From contig JAHRHZ010000282.1 in the NCBI GenBank assembly GCA_024137785.1, positions 1,087,201 to 1,151,200 of the forward strand: DNA of 64,000 bases, read 5' to 3'. The translations under genes and the position numbers were made by a program. Shown in pieces: positions 22,590 through 36,860 of this stretch (the first letter of the stretch is position 1; every line of letters starts with the position of its first letter). This DNA is from Ginglymostoma cirratum (lineage: Eukaryota). The notes below the pieces were generated by a model, which saw only the letters and a program-made list of their open reading frames with translations, was not told where the DNA came from and made no database searches.

Positions 22590-25500
22590 ATTACAACTGT
22601 AAAGTCATGCTTTCTACCCTGTCTAATTCGGATGCTATAATTCACCCGATTTATAAAGGAAACATGCCAAGTTTTCGCATCCATTGTACCATATATCAAT
22701 AAACACGAATCCACGCTTTGTCAACTGTGAAATGAATGATCGAATGTTGCCCAGGCGATGCAAGAGACAACATCTCTTTAGTCAGCTGAGATCAGAAAAA
22801 TGAATGACCACAGTTAAAGACGCTAACCTTGCTTTGACGCAAATCAACCAGGTTAATTTGTAATTAGATGCGATTTAAAATTCGGAAAATTGCAAAGGAG
22901 ATAAATGAGCCCTCTAATTATTATAAATGATTTTGTTTGATGCAAAAATTCATTTGAGACTTGCTCAGAGCATGTAATGTGAACCAACATGCTTGTTTTT
23001 TTCTTGGTTTTGGCGGCGGGGTAACACACAAGATGTTGATTTAATCGGATTGATGTGGTCCATATGCCCAGCAGAAATCAAAGTAAATTTCAGAAATCAT
23101 GCATCAAAAGAAGGTTCAGAGGATCAGCACAGATAAGAAGTGCTAAATGATTTTATTGAGCGTTGCAAACATCCTGTGATTCTATTCATTAAATGTTACT
23201 GCCACAAATAACAATTTTCACGGAGTTTTTGACAGCCTTGACAACAGCAATGCTTATCCTGCAGATGTAGTGAAACCGTCATTTTTTCCCACCTCTTGAA
23301 GTAGACACGGTCTCATTTTATTTTGCTGTGGGTCCTTTTTCCGTTCGCTTTAGTCTTGGGCCCATCCCGTTTCAGGTTCCATCGAGTCAAGTCTTTGATA
23401 ATTTTCAAGCAGTTGTTTCTGTCATAAGCTTATTCCCAGTCCATGAGGCATTGAACCGATATCCTCATTCTCTTATATTTGACATCCTGACTTATAACTG
23501 TGCTGTATCATACCATGACCAAAATGATACTATAACATGCCGAGAAGTATGCAGTACTTTATCATGCTCTGTTATAAGAAGTTCTACTTCAGTTCTTACT
23601 CTTGTAGACATAAATAGAAAACTGGAAAATATGTCAGCGATCGCTGCACTATTCTATACTAAAGTTTATATTACATCGTACTATTTGTGTTATTATTGCC
23701 CAACCTCGTATTTCTATTCCTACAAATGTCCGACTACTCCAATTTACCTTCTTTGTTGGTAATTCCTACACTGATTACTGTCTCATGTTCAATTTTCTAA
23801 GTTCATGCTTTAGAAAAGAAAATTCTACATATTCTGTGTCAGTTTTCTTCAACACGATGGTCTCCAATTTGCAACTTCACTGGATTGTGCTCCTGTTAGC
23901 ATGGTTCAAGGCCTTACTTCAATCATTGCTGCACCGGGCTTTGATTGGTATTGCATCTCAATCATGTCTCTATTTTTATATTACACAATTTTACGTCTTT
24001 GTTTGTCTAGTAATGCGCCATAAATTATTTTTCTCTTCTTTATAAATAATGGTTCTTTTCTCCTTTGAAAAATGAATAGACATTGTCATACTTCGTCGTG
24101 ATAATGACCAAACAAGGACGTGCTGTTTCAGGAACAGAATCTCTCCAACCTGTCAGTATTATGTCAAAACACCCTGTTCTTGCTTGGACTGAACTAGATT
24201 TTGTTACTATCATACCACATCCAGTCTCGGTTACATGGTATTGATTCATTTTAAATCTGAGGTTTGCTAATAACCTTGCTTAGGGAAAGCGAATCACTTT
24301 ACAGACTAATTTGCCTCCATTTTTATGTTTTTGGGCAATGTATTAAAATTCAAAACGGGTTATATGTTTGAAATGAAGACTAATTAACCATGTTAACATA
24401 CCTTAATAAATTTTCTACAATGTGCTGCAGTGTATATAGTATCGTCAGGCTGATTGCTTAGTTTCCAGATTTACCACAGTCATCTCAAATGATCTAATGG
24501 AAAGTACGTTAAAGCACATCAAGATGAACGAGCAACGAATTGAAAAAGATTAATCTCAGCATCTAACAGAAACTTTCGATCTGTTTCCCAAATGTGTGAT
24601 GATTTTTCCAATCGATCGCAACAGCAAGATGGTATATACACCTGATGTGGGAATAGTACTGTTCTAATTATTCTTCCTCTCTCTACAAGGATAACAACTT
24701 TTGCAGGTGAAGGAAATTACATTATTTCTACAGTTAAGAACTGTTCCATTCGGAACATCAACCAAAACTATTCTGCATTATATTTTGAATGATTGCCTAA
24801 ATGTCATTTTATATTCTGTGCGATCATTGGTTAAATGAATCAGGCTCTGGCATAATATAAACAGAAAAGTTGGCTCACACCCTTGTAGTTTCAATGGAAT
24901 CTGGTTTGACATAAACGAAGATAAAGATAAATTCTGTATTCAAAGGGAATGGGTCTCTGTTAATATAAAAGGAGATATTGACTACTACAATAAGAACAGA
25001 GGCAGGATCTAATCTCGTTTAGCAACAGATATTTCGTGGTTCAGCATAGGCAAGAAATTACTGTTGCAGAAAATTGAAAAAGAACAGAGACACTGAATAA
25101 AAGAATAAAGGCCAGGTATATATTAGGATTGAGCAAGTCATTGTGCAATCATAGCAGAATATACAATGCACATAATTATGACGATGGAGTGTCTTAGAAG
25201 AGGAGCAAAAGTGACACTGTCAAATATTATGTTTGCCACAAACGCTTTTTTCTTGTTAAACCTGACAGCGACAAAGTTTTCAGAAACTGTTACAGCAGTT
25301 AGTTGTCATATTCGAATGGAAGTTTTGATCTTACTGTAAAATAAGAGTGTATACACGAAACAGCAAAGTTGATTGCAACAAATATGATGTTTGCTGCAGC
25401 AATATTAAAGAGTGAGAGACCTCAAAGCATTATTTAACAAGTCACAGAATACAGCTTGATGATAATGAAGTCAATACCTCGGGTACTCAATTCAACATTC

Positions 25501-27714
25501 TGCCGGATTTAATGTGAGACAGTTGGGTCACATTGGTATAATCTTGCCGAATGCCGAATAACTGAGTGAAATATTATTTTCAACATAAAAGGGAAAGAGT
25601 TAGTTTAATAACACACAAGCGGTCTATTGTACTGAAAAATGAAAAGTGAAAATATTGTCATTAATCTTCAGGTAATGTCACATTTGTGAAGGAAATAAAG
25701 CACTGGTTTTTCATCAATATTGGCGTCATCTAATTTAAACACGCAATGTATAAGATTATTGACATTCGATTTTTTCAGCACCCGGGCTAGGTAACCTTTG
25801 TGCAAGTGCGCCTAAAGCTGGAAACTCGTCAGACGATTATCAAGAAATTGGAAGCATTTTAGTCCAGAGACTCGACTGCGCACTGTGGTTAAAGGTTCAC
25901 GTTGGTAGAGTATAAAACAATTAATTCTGATTCGACTTGTCTTGCATCATTTTTTTCACACTCAGAAAGTTGAAGGGACTGAAAGACAGATTGACTCTTG
26001 GCAGAGTCTCCATTCAGCAAAGGATGTGTTTCTTTTAGATAATTGCTATTCTGAAATGCCACTCCATTACATAAGAAAACATACTTTATCTTCTCGGAGT
26101 TGTAAAAGGACGCTGCCCGTCCTGACCAAGTGCATAGGGGAACCTAGAATGAGAATAATTATGAGTGATGTTACGTAGAGTGAGGCAGTGAATGTAATAA
26201 ACATGCAAGTTTAACGCAAAACCAAAGGACAAGAATATTATGACGGTTTAAGGCTGAGCATAGTGTTATAAGTGTCAGAATGCTACCATGGCCCAAGCTG
26301 AATTGAAGCTTCATGGTTGATTAGAACTGACACCATCTGAGTCAGAATTGATTTATTGACAAAAGCAGGACAAACATGGTGGACTTGAGGAGTTTATAAA
26401 ATCCAAGATGACAAAGGAACCTATGACACCGGAATCAAAAACAATCTGTTTATTCTGATTCTTATCAATAGCTGACACTGTTTAAAGACACGCAAGTGCC
26501 ACAGCAGGTAACTCGGAAAAAAAGCAATGTTTAAATCTTCTGATTGAAGCAAACTTCAACTGGAAAATTAAAAAACAGAGGAAATGTCAGTGTCACAAAT
26601 TTAATAAATCTTTGAAACTTTATTCAAAGTTGAATTTTTGTAAATAGCCATGGTTTCTCAAAGAATCAAGAAAAGCATTAGCTTTATAACAAACGCTTTC
26701 AAAGGGAGAGTATTTGCAAAGTCTGAAACTATACAGTGCTGTGCCTTATTTGAATTCAATGCTGGTCAGAGTGGATGCAGAAAAGGTGCTTTCTCCATAT
26801 ATTATTTCCGTTTTAATGATTACAGACATACCTATATGGACAAAAGAATGTATTTTTTGCCTTTGTCTAGTTTATCAAAATGTAGAAAATGAATCAAACA
26901 TAACGTATTGGGAAGGGGTCATGATGGATGCAACAGACAAAATCTAATGCTCACGAAAGGAACAATAAATCTAAAGAGAGAGTTGCAAAATGTTAGGAAG
27001 ATCAAAAATATGAAAAGGTGCTGTCTACGTTCTCCAGGGTTCGGAGAACACAGTGGGTTAGTACATGGTCCGGAGACTCTTCCAACGACGTCCTCTAATC
27101 AGTCCATGAAACAGATGTCAATAGATCGATTTGTGTCACTTCAGTATGAGCTTATGACTGCAGCCGTCCAATGTGTTCAGATATAGTTCACATTGGCAGA
27201 TGTTTCCTCCAGATTGTGTCGACTTGATTTATTTTCTGATCAGAAGTGAGATATGTGGCTTGCTGCCGACACAGTGAAAAAGGAAGTTGTGTGTCAGATG
27301 AGAAGGATGGAACAAGCGTCACATTCATGCTATCAGCAAAAACAGTCTTCCTGCCTGTCAGGGTGAAAGCACACGGAGGGCCTTAAGAACAAATGTATTG
27401 TTGGGTACAATGTTGTATTTAATTCCATTTCCATTTTCGAGAACAAAACACCAGACACACAAAATTACTACATTATATGTGAGAGAGTTCAACTGAGTAT
27501 TATCACTGTGTGAAAGGAGCTAAACATTAACAAATAGTTTTGCTCACAAGCCTCTCTAAAAAAAATAGAAAGCTTCAGGGAAGTTCGGCGTTATCTCAGG
27601 TAAAAAGCGAGGAGAGGTTGCATCAGTGAACAGGTCGTTCTGCCTTCGAATTTTCCTCTAGTGATATTTCGTTGTCCTTTCTTGTTTTCAATTCATTTTG
27701 AACTACTCCGGAAA

Positions 27715-30188
27715 TAAGGCAAGGCGAATGACTAAGGTGGCAGTGGGGGGAACTCTTTGGTGCCAGCGACCATAATTCTATTAGTTTTAGAAGAGTGATG
27801 GAAAAGGATAGACCGGATTTAAAAGTTAAACTTCCAAATTGAAGGAAGGCCAATTTTGATGGCATTAGGCAAGAACTTTCAAAGGTTGATTTAGGGCGGA
27901 TGTTGCAGGAAGAGGAACAGCTGGAAAATGGGAAGCCTTTAAACTGAGATAACGAGAATCCAGAAGCAGTACGTTCTACCTACAGTCAACTGCAAGATGA
28001 TTACAGTTGTTTGTGATTGTCGGGAAAGATGGATGACGAGAGAAATTGTTGCATTGGTTCACAAAAAGAAGGAAGCATATGGCAGGTATAGACAGCAGAG
28101 GTCGAGTGAAGAGATAACAAGGTGTAGAGCTGGATGAACACAGCAGGCCAAGGATCATCAGAGGATCAGGAACGGTGACGTTTCGGGCCTAGACCCTTCT
28201 ACACCTTGTTATCTCAGATTCTTCAGCATCTGCAGTTCCTACTATCAGAGGTCAAGTGAAGCCTGTGGAAGAGTATAAAGGCAGTCTGAGAATACTTACG
28301 AGTGAAATCATAAGGACAAAAAAGGGGACATGAAATAACATTTGCTAGTAAGTTTACGGAGAATCCAAAGGGAATTAATAAATGCATCAAGCACAAAACT
28401 AGGGAGAGAATCGGGTCCCTCAAATATCAGCAAGGCAGCCTACATGTGGAACCGCGGGAAATGGGGGACACACTAAAAGAATATTTAGCACAAGTGTTTA
28501 CAACGGAGAAGTATATGCAAGGTTTGAGGAAATAATAGGATTTGAGGAAATAAATAGCAACGTCTTGAAAAATGTCCATATTACAGAGGAGGAGGTGCTG
28601 GATGGCTTTCAACGTATGTAGGTGAATAAATCCCCCTGCCTGGTCTGATGTAACTTTGAACTCTGTGGGAAGCGAGGGAAGTGATTGCTGTGTACCCTGT
28701 TGAGGTATTTGTATCATGAATGGCCACAGGTGTGGTGCAAGAAGACTGAATGTTGGCTCATGTGGTGCCACTATTTAAGAAAATGTAGTATAGAAAACCA
28801 GGGAACCGTTGACCCCTGAGGCTAACATCGATATTGGACAAGTTGTTGAAGGGATTCCTGAGGGATAGGTTTTACACATATTTGGAAAGGAAAAGACTGA
28901 TCATTCAAAGTCAACATGACTTTGTGCGTGGGAAATCGTGTCTCACTTACTTTATTGACGTTATTGAAGAAGCAACGAAGAGAAATAATGAGGGAAGAGT
29001 GGTGGAAATGATGTAGATGGATTTCAGTAAGATATTCGACAGGTTCGTCAAGGTAGACTGGTTAAAAATGGTAAATCGCACGGAATACAGCGTTAACTAG
29101 TCATATGGATACAGGACTAACTCGAAAGTAGAAGACAGAGGGTGTTTTTTTACACCAGAGGCCTCTGGCCAGCAGTGTGCGACAAGGATCTGTGCTACTT
29201 CCACTTTTTTAAAAATCATTTATAGAAATGATTTGAGTGTGAACAAAGGATGAATGGTTAGTCAGTTGGCAGACGACACCGAAATTGGAGTGGCAGTGGA
29301 CAGTGAAGAATGTTACGTCAGAATGCAATGGGATCTTGATCAGATGGGACTGTGGCCCGATGAGTGGCAAATAGAGTCTAATTTAGACAAATGTAAGGCG
29401 CTCCATTTTGGAACGGAAAATCAGGTCAGGACTAATGCACTCAATGGGAAGTTCCTGGGGATTGTTACTGAACAAATAGAACTTGAAGTGAAGGTTCATA
29501 TTTTCTTGAAAGTTGAGTTGCAGGTAGATAGTACTTTGAAGAAAATGTATGATTAGCTTTCTTTTATTGATCAGCGCATTGAGTTTTGGGAGTTGGGAGG
29601 TCGTGTTGCAGTTGTCCAGGTATTGGCTCGACTGTTTTCGGAATATTGTGAGCTTTTCTGGTCTCTCTGTTTTGGAAGGAAGTTGTGAAACTTGAAAAGA
29701 TTCAGAAACATTTCCAAAGATGTTGTCAGTTTTGAAGGGTTTGAACTACAGAGAGAGGCTGAACAGGTTGAGACTATTCTCCCTGGAGTTTTGGACGCTC
29801 AGGGGTGACATTATCGAAGTTCAAAAAATCATGAGGGTCATGGCTAGGATAAGTAGATAAGGTGTTTTCCCTCGCATAAGGGAGTTCGAAATTGGAGTGC
29901 ATGTGCTTAAGGTGAGAGGTTTAAGATTTAATCGGGACCTAAAGGGCAACTTTGTCTCGCAGAGGGTCTTGGCTGTCTGGAATAATGTGTCAGACGAACT
30001 GGTGGAGGCTGGCATAATCATCACATTTAGAAGGCATCTGGATGGGTAAGTGAATAGGAAGTGTTTAGAGGAATGTGTGCAAAATCCGGCAAATGAGATT
30101 CGATTTATCTCGGATATCTGGTCGGAATGGACGAGTTGGACGAAAGGGTCTGTTTCTGTGCTGTATATCGCTTTGACACAATGACTCT
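27715..30188 (+). mobile_element. Long decayed CR1/HER1-type LINE (end of endonuclease, RT, 3' UTR)
   Basis: SDHNSISF, QSQHDFVRGKSCLT, DFSK.FD, QLADDTEIG, WQIESNLDKCKALHFG. Many stops and frameshifts; tail ends ...tttgacacaatgactct. Confidence 0.9.
28112..28245. mobile_element. Penelope-like inverted plus direct pLTR fragment inserted in CR1 with a 16-bp TSD
   Basis: CAGAGGTCGAGTGAAG (28096-28111) and CAGAGGTCAAGTGAAG (28246-28261) flank it. Minus strand reads AGA-A-GGGT-CTAG-GCCC-GAAA-CG-TC. Confidence 0.8.
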
Positions 30189-30859
30189 GTGTTAGATGCC
30201 AAGAAGAAATTTTATATATTGTTACTGCTGAGGGCCAGACCTCAGCCCACGTTTCACTCAGTGTATTAGATAATTTTATGAGAGAAAAGAAATGTTAGGT
30301 GGTTTGCGACATCTGATGTTATGTCAAGAGACCGTATTAAGTAATGGCCTCATGTAGCAGCGATCATCTGATGAATTTTGTCTTATTTCTGAAGTCACAA
30401 AATGTAGGCTTAAGTTTGGCGTTATTAAATTAAGTAATGACAATTATGAAGGCACAAAACAAAAATAATTAAAGTGATCTGATAAATCAGTTAAATGAAT
30501 AATTAATAACGACATATTAACAGATATTTAAGGAGACGTTTCAGAATATACTGCATAGATAATTTCTGTAAAGTTAGAAAATAAAACCTAGGGCAAAACA
30601 ATCACAATCCATGGTTAAAATGTAAATAATACCATAAAACTGAACGTAAAGCTACTCCAGTGCAGACTGTACACGGTATGTCAGAAGCTTAGACAGTTTA
30701 TGGAAAAGTTGAAGAATAAAAGCTTAACAAGGAAGAAGAACCCAGAGTAAAAGTGAAAGTTACCTGGCAAGATGAAACGGACTGTTAGAGATAATATTGA
30801 AATAGTCTAAGAATATAGTGAACAACAACGACGTTAATCCTCTGGAAGTTGAGTCAGTG

Positions 30860-33800
30860 AAACCAGTAAACATCAGGATGTGTATAATTAATTGGTCAGG
30901 TAGTGGATTGCAGTCCTCCCGGTAGAGAATGAAAGCAACACATCAGAGATGGATGGTAATTGAGGAAAACCAAAAGAGGTTAAAATGGCAATAATATTCA
31001 GTGAGACGTTCCTCAGCAAATGGCTGGAGTTCCTTGTTGTCAGCAAGGGATTGTGGGGAACTGCATGTTAGAAAATTAACAAAAATGACAGTTGAAAATT
31101 TCATGTATTAGTTTTTAGTTTCCAAAATTCTGTAGATTCGGGGAATGCTTCAGTAGATTTGAAAATTGTGAATTGAAATATTTTACTAAAAAGAGGAAAT
31201 ACAGAAAGCAGAAAACTACTTGCTAATTAACAGCATTGGACATAAGGAATATTCTGGAGGATATTATTAGCGGGGGAATTATACTGAAGATCTTAGAAAC
31301 TATCAAGATAATCAGTTGGAATCAACATTACTGTGCAGTGGGAAAATTATGCTTACATTTCATTGTAGATTTTTGACAAATTAACACATGCAATTGATAA
31401 ATGAGAAACAGTACAAGTATTGTACTTAGACATCGAGAAAGCATAAAAAATACAGGAAATTAAAACCAGGTGTAGGCGATAGAGATCATTGAACTGTGAT
31501 TCAATTTGATCATAGCTGATCAAATTCTGGTGAAATATTGCGGCACTCCCTCACGGTAATAATACCTTTCCTGAGATCAGGCGATCTAAACTGCACACCG
31601 TGCAGTGGTTAGAGACCGAACAAACCACGATGCAATGGATGCAAGGTTTTACGACTCATGTACTAAAATCACGTTGTAATAATGGTTAATATTCCACTTG
31701 TATTTCTAAAGTACTTTGAATAAAGTGTCACATCATAGTTTTTTTTTTGCGGAACATAGAGGTTTGTAGGGAAGTGATGATACCTCGCAACAGATAAAAT
31801 ATTGGCTAGCTCATTTAGACCAAAGAGCAAACAAAACTTTGTACTGTATTGCTTGCCAAGATTCAACGACTTGTGTGGCTAGCATTCAGTATTGCCGTCT
31901 CAACTTATTGCAGTTTCTTTAAATGACTTAGCAAATGAGGCTAAAACAATTGTTGAAATTATGTTGATAACACATTGATTAATAGGAATGTTAGTTGTGA
32001 ACATTACATGAGGAAGTTACAAATAGATAGGCGTCGGTTAAATGGATGGGTAAAGAACTAATAAATGAAGAATTGTGGCTAAAATCAGAATACGTATATT
32101 ATTTCAGGAAGAGTAAGGTAGAAATCAGTCATACATATACATCAAAATGTCTTTGTGCATAAATCACAAAGGTCAAAATGCAGGGCCTGCAATCCACTAG
32201 GGGAATAAACAGTCTGTTCTGGTTTTGTTTGAGGCAAGTCGACTACAAGATAATGGTACTTGTATACTCTGTATTGTATTACATTGCATCAATTGACATA
32301 GAAATGGATTGGTCCTTTTGTACGAAAGATTGGAAATCAGGCAACTCGTATCCAATGTTGGTAGAACTTCAGAGAAGATTTAATAGACTATTACCGGAAT
32401 GGATATGTTCTTGAATGAACAACGTTTGGACAGGGCAGGCTTATGCACGTTTAAATTTGAACAAGTGGAGGGCGCTTCATTCAAACATATCCAAGGAAAG
32501 TAAGAAAGATCGACGAAAAATAAAGGTTTTGATTTGGTGCAACGGTGACTTTATTCTTCTAAGACCGGATCTAGCCAAAATAGTTTGGGAGCAGTTACAT
32601 GCAGGAAAGCCCACATCAGAGCATTGAGAGTATTCCAATGAGAATTAATGTATTTATAGGTAAACATATTCCTTACAGATGAAGACTGGTAGCAAAAATT
32701 CCAAAGGTTACTATTTATGGAGGAATGTAAAGAATTAGACAAATGAAAAATCGACGTTTATGGCAGATATTGAGGTATCATTATAATAGAATCCCTGGAA
32801 ACATATGAAAAGTACAGGCAATGATTTAAAATAAATTAGGAATGTAAAGAGGAAATAATTTTTTAGAATGTGGGTATTATAGAGGAAATTCAAAAGGCAT
32901 TTTATGAGTATATAAGGGACAAGATCATAGAGCGGGAAATATTATGACCCATTTGGAAACAATGTAGCGAACAATGGTAGAGTTGAAAGACTTTCGTTAT
33001 GTTTTGGTTTTTTAAAAATTTGTATTCACGACAAAGAATGGTATAGAGGTAGATATCAACAAAAAAGCTGTGATACTTTAAGAAGTTTCAAATGAGAAGA
33101 GAAGGTATGAACGATTTAAGTGGACTTAAAATTTCAGAAGGTGAAAATCCCAGAATCCTACAAAAGGTGGTAGATTGTAGGGGCCCTGATATTAATTTTC
33201 AAATAATCTCTGCACAAAAGGTAAATGCCAGAGCACTGTAGGTTAGCTGGCGCGAATATTCCAAAAAAAAAAATCAAGAATTGCTGCAGGGATTAACCAG
33301 GGAACTATTGTTATTCGGTTTTGTATTGATATGGATGAAATTATTTGAAAAAAAAGAAATTTCAGGGACAATATTCATGACAAGTTGTTAACGTAAGATT
33401 TAAACAATAAAATTAAGCATTGCTTCTTCGTGTATGATATATCTAACATGGTTAATTCTGTCTTCCAAGGAGGTGATGAGACATATACTTAAGCGATGGA
33501 AATGGATGTAATCTGCATCGACTTCGATAAGAGTTTTGATAAGACCTTGCGTCTGAAATTATTTAAGAATTCATGCGACCCAGTGAAATTTGAAAATCGT
33601 ATCCAAAGTTTATTTGGTGGCAGAAGACAGAAGTTATATGTCAAAGGTGGTATTAATGAATAAAAAACCTTGTGTCCAGTGGTAGATTGTGAAATTTTGG
33701 AGCTGGATCCATGACAGCCTGCAGTGTATATTAATGATCTGATCATGTATGTAGGAATTTTGATCATTAAGTTCAGAGATGAAGAGAAGAATCGTGTGGC

Positions 33801-33990
33801 ATTGGAAATAGCCAGCAGATAAAACCTGAGACAACGCTATAATACAGATGATCTTACCTATTGGACTGAACAATGGAAAATAGAACATCATCCAGAAATC
33901 TGTGAAGTGAAAAGACTATCAAGTCAAGAGAATACACAATCCTTGGTAGGAATCTATAAAACACAAAGGATAAGCGGTCCCTTGTAGTGC
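30860..33990 (+). mobile_element. Highly decayed CR1-type LINE remnants (probably two elements)
   Basis: Scattered RT remnants, e.g. DVICIDFDKSFDK at ~33505-33545 and LQRRFNRLLP (ORF 32178). Confidence 0.55.
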
Positions 33991-34419
33991 AACTTATCTT
34001 CTTTAGGCCGGGGTGAGGGGGTTTGTAGGAACTGTCTACAGATACTGGGACTGGACTATTGAATCAGGAAAATCAGCTGATGGTCTGGGGAGAAGCGTTC
34101 GAATTATACGTAGGTTAATGATGGAATGTGAATTTATAAACATATTCCTGGCACTAAGCATCTACTGTTGACTATTACACCATTATTTATCAGCAGAAAT
34201 TCAATCATATTTTTCAGAGAATGAAAATTGCCATGCTGACCTTGTCCAGTCTCCATGCAACACTGGACCCAAAGCAATGCTTTTGACTCAGAAATGCCCT
34301 GGCAAGCCACCCTGTTGTATGATCTCTAGAAAGTCTTAACTAAGGAATAAAAGCAGAATGACCACCTGATATTAACTAAGGAACTGGAAGAAACATCAGC
34401 ACAAGTAGCTACGCCGAAC

Positions 34420-36860
34420 CTTGGGGCTAGTGTCAAAACGGGGAGAGCTCTCTCACAGATTAACCAAGAAACAGCCTCACATCATCATGGTCATGGTTTA
34501 AAGACAATAACCCAAACACATCTACCACCATATCTGAAAATGCCCTGTCCCATCAGCAAGAAAGACTCAGGAGAGGGGGCAGCGCAGTGGTACACAGTTG
34601 AGTAAGAGTTTTCCAGGAAGTCCTCAACATTGGCGCTGCACACCAAGAAGTCTAATGGATTCAGGTTAAACAAAGGCAAGAAAATCTCCTGCTGATTACT
34701 ACCTGACATCCTCCCGCGGCTGATCAACTGAACTCCATATTTAACAAAAGTTGAAGGAAGTGCTGAGGGTGACAATGGTATAAAATGCACTCCGGATGCG
34801 GGATTACAACGTCCACGACCAGGATTAGCTAGGCAACAGTTCTGCTGTTCGAGCTGGTCCAGTCCTGAAGGATATAGCTGCCAGACTGTGTCTCCAGCAG
34901 CTGGTGATGGAACCAACATGAGGCCAAATATATTCTTGGCCTCATCCTGTCCATTCGGCTAGCTGCAGATGCACCTGTCCATGATAGTGTTAAGAGTGAT
35001 CGCTGCGCAATCCTTGTGGAGATGAAGTCCCACCTTCACTTTGAGAATACCCTCAACTGTGCTGTTTGGCAATTTTGGCGTGCTAAAAAAATCAGATATT
35101 GCAACTTAACACCCGGCATCCATGAGTTGCCATCAACAAAATCAGTATAATTCTCCAGCACTGTCTGTAATCTCATTGTCCAGCACATGCCCAACTCGAC
35201 TATTTATGATCAACAGATGGGATCAGCACTGGGTCAATGGAGAGTGTAGGAGTGCATACCAGGAGCAGCACAAGGCATACCGAAAAGGGAGATTTCAATC
35301 TTCAGACAGATATGCCAAGCAGATGATCTATATCTGCCGCCTCCAGTGGTCAGCAACATTACAGATGCCAGTCTTCAGTCAGTTCAATTGACTCCACGTG
35401 ATATTCACAAAAGTTGGAAGAACTTTGTGCTCCAAATTTTATAGGCCATGACAACATTCTGACAATAACACAAAACAATTTGTGCTTCAGACCTTGCTGC
35501 CAGTTAAACCAAACTGCTTCAGTATAGTAACAGCATTGGCATTTACCAGCAATGTGGATCACTGCCCAGGTATGTTCTGCACACAGAACCTGGGACATTC
35601 TAACATAGTGAATTATTGCTCCATCAGTCTGCTCTTAACCGTCAGTAAAGTGTTGGAAAGTGTCATCAACAGAGCGATTGTGCAGCACCTGCTCAGCTAT
35701 AACCTGCTCAGTGGTGCACAGTGTGGTTAGAGATCTCAATTAGAGATTCGTTTTTAACATGGAAAAAAAAAAACTGAGTTACAAGTGAGGACAGCCTGAC
35801 ACCTCTTGATATCAAGGTCAGATTAGACCAAGTGTGGCATCAAAGAGCCCTCATAAAACTGGAAGAAATGGGTATCAGTTGACATCCTCTCTGCTGCCTG
35901 GATTCATGCCAGGCATACAGGAAGATTGTTTTTGTTGTTGAAGGTCAGTCATGTCAGATCCAGGACAGCACTACAGGTCTTCCCAAAGGTAGTGTCCTAT
36001 CCAGTCACCCTTATCTGCTTCATCAAACACCTTCCCTCCAACATAAATTCAGCAGTGAAATGTGCACAAATAATAGCAGAATACTCAGCAACTCCTCGGA
36101 TACTGAGGCAGTCCATATTCAAATACAACAAGATCTGGACACAGTCGAAGCTTCGGCTGAGAAGTATCAAGCAGCATTCACGCCATAAAAATGCTTGACA
36201 GTGGCTATCGTCAATAACAGACAATCTAACCACGGTCCCTTGATGTACAATGGCCTTACCGTCTCTGAATCCCCCATTGTCAACTTCCTAGTGTTATAAT
36301 TGTCTAGAAACTGAATTGGAGCTGCCATATAAATACAATACTTACACGAGCAGGACAGTGGCTAGGAATACTGTTGTGAGTAATTCACCTCCCGACTCGA
36401 CAAAACCAACTCATCACCTAAAATGCAGAAGCCAGGAGTGTGATGACATGTCTCCCCACTTGCCTGAATGCGCGCAGCTCCAACCACACACAAGAAACTT
36501 GACATTATCCTGGAGAAAGCAGCCCGCCTGATTGGAAACATATCCACAAGCATCCAATCTCGCTAAATCTGACACTCAGTAGCTGCAGTACTTATTACCT
36601 CCAAGATACACTGAAGACATTTACAAATATCCTGAGAAAGCATCTTCCTAAACACTACCACTTCCATTCGTAAGGAGAAGAGAAGCATATGATGGGAACA
36701 GAGTGACCTGCACGGACTCCTCCACTCACCGTCCTGACTTAGAAATGTGTCAACAATCTTTCACTGCAATTGGGTCAAAATACTAGAATACCCTTCCAAA
36801 GGTCATTTTCGATCATCAGAAACGTCGTTCATCACCATCTCCTAAAACACAACTAGAGAC
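34420..36860 (+). mobile_element. Decayed non-LTR retrotransposon (APE endonuclease plus RT) of a second, non-HER1 family
   Basis: Remnants GELSHRL..KQP.II, NLLLIT, SDR, NYCSISLLLTVSKVLESVINRAIVQHLLSYNLLSGAQCG, LDIK...DQVWHQ. Sequence is unlike the other CR1 copies. Confidence 0.75.

Noticed and set aside
27504-27538. CACTGTG...ACAAATAGT resembling the VH RSS
   Set aside because: The 19-nt spacer fits neither class and no V exon precedes it.
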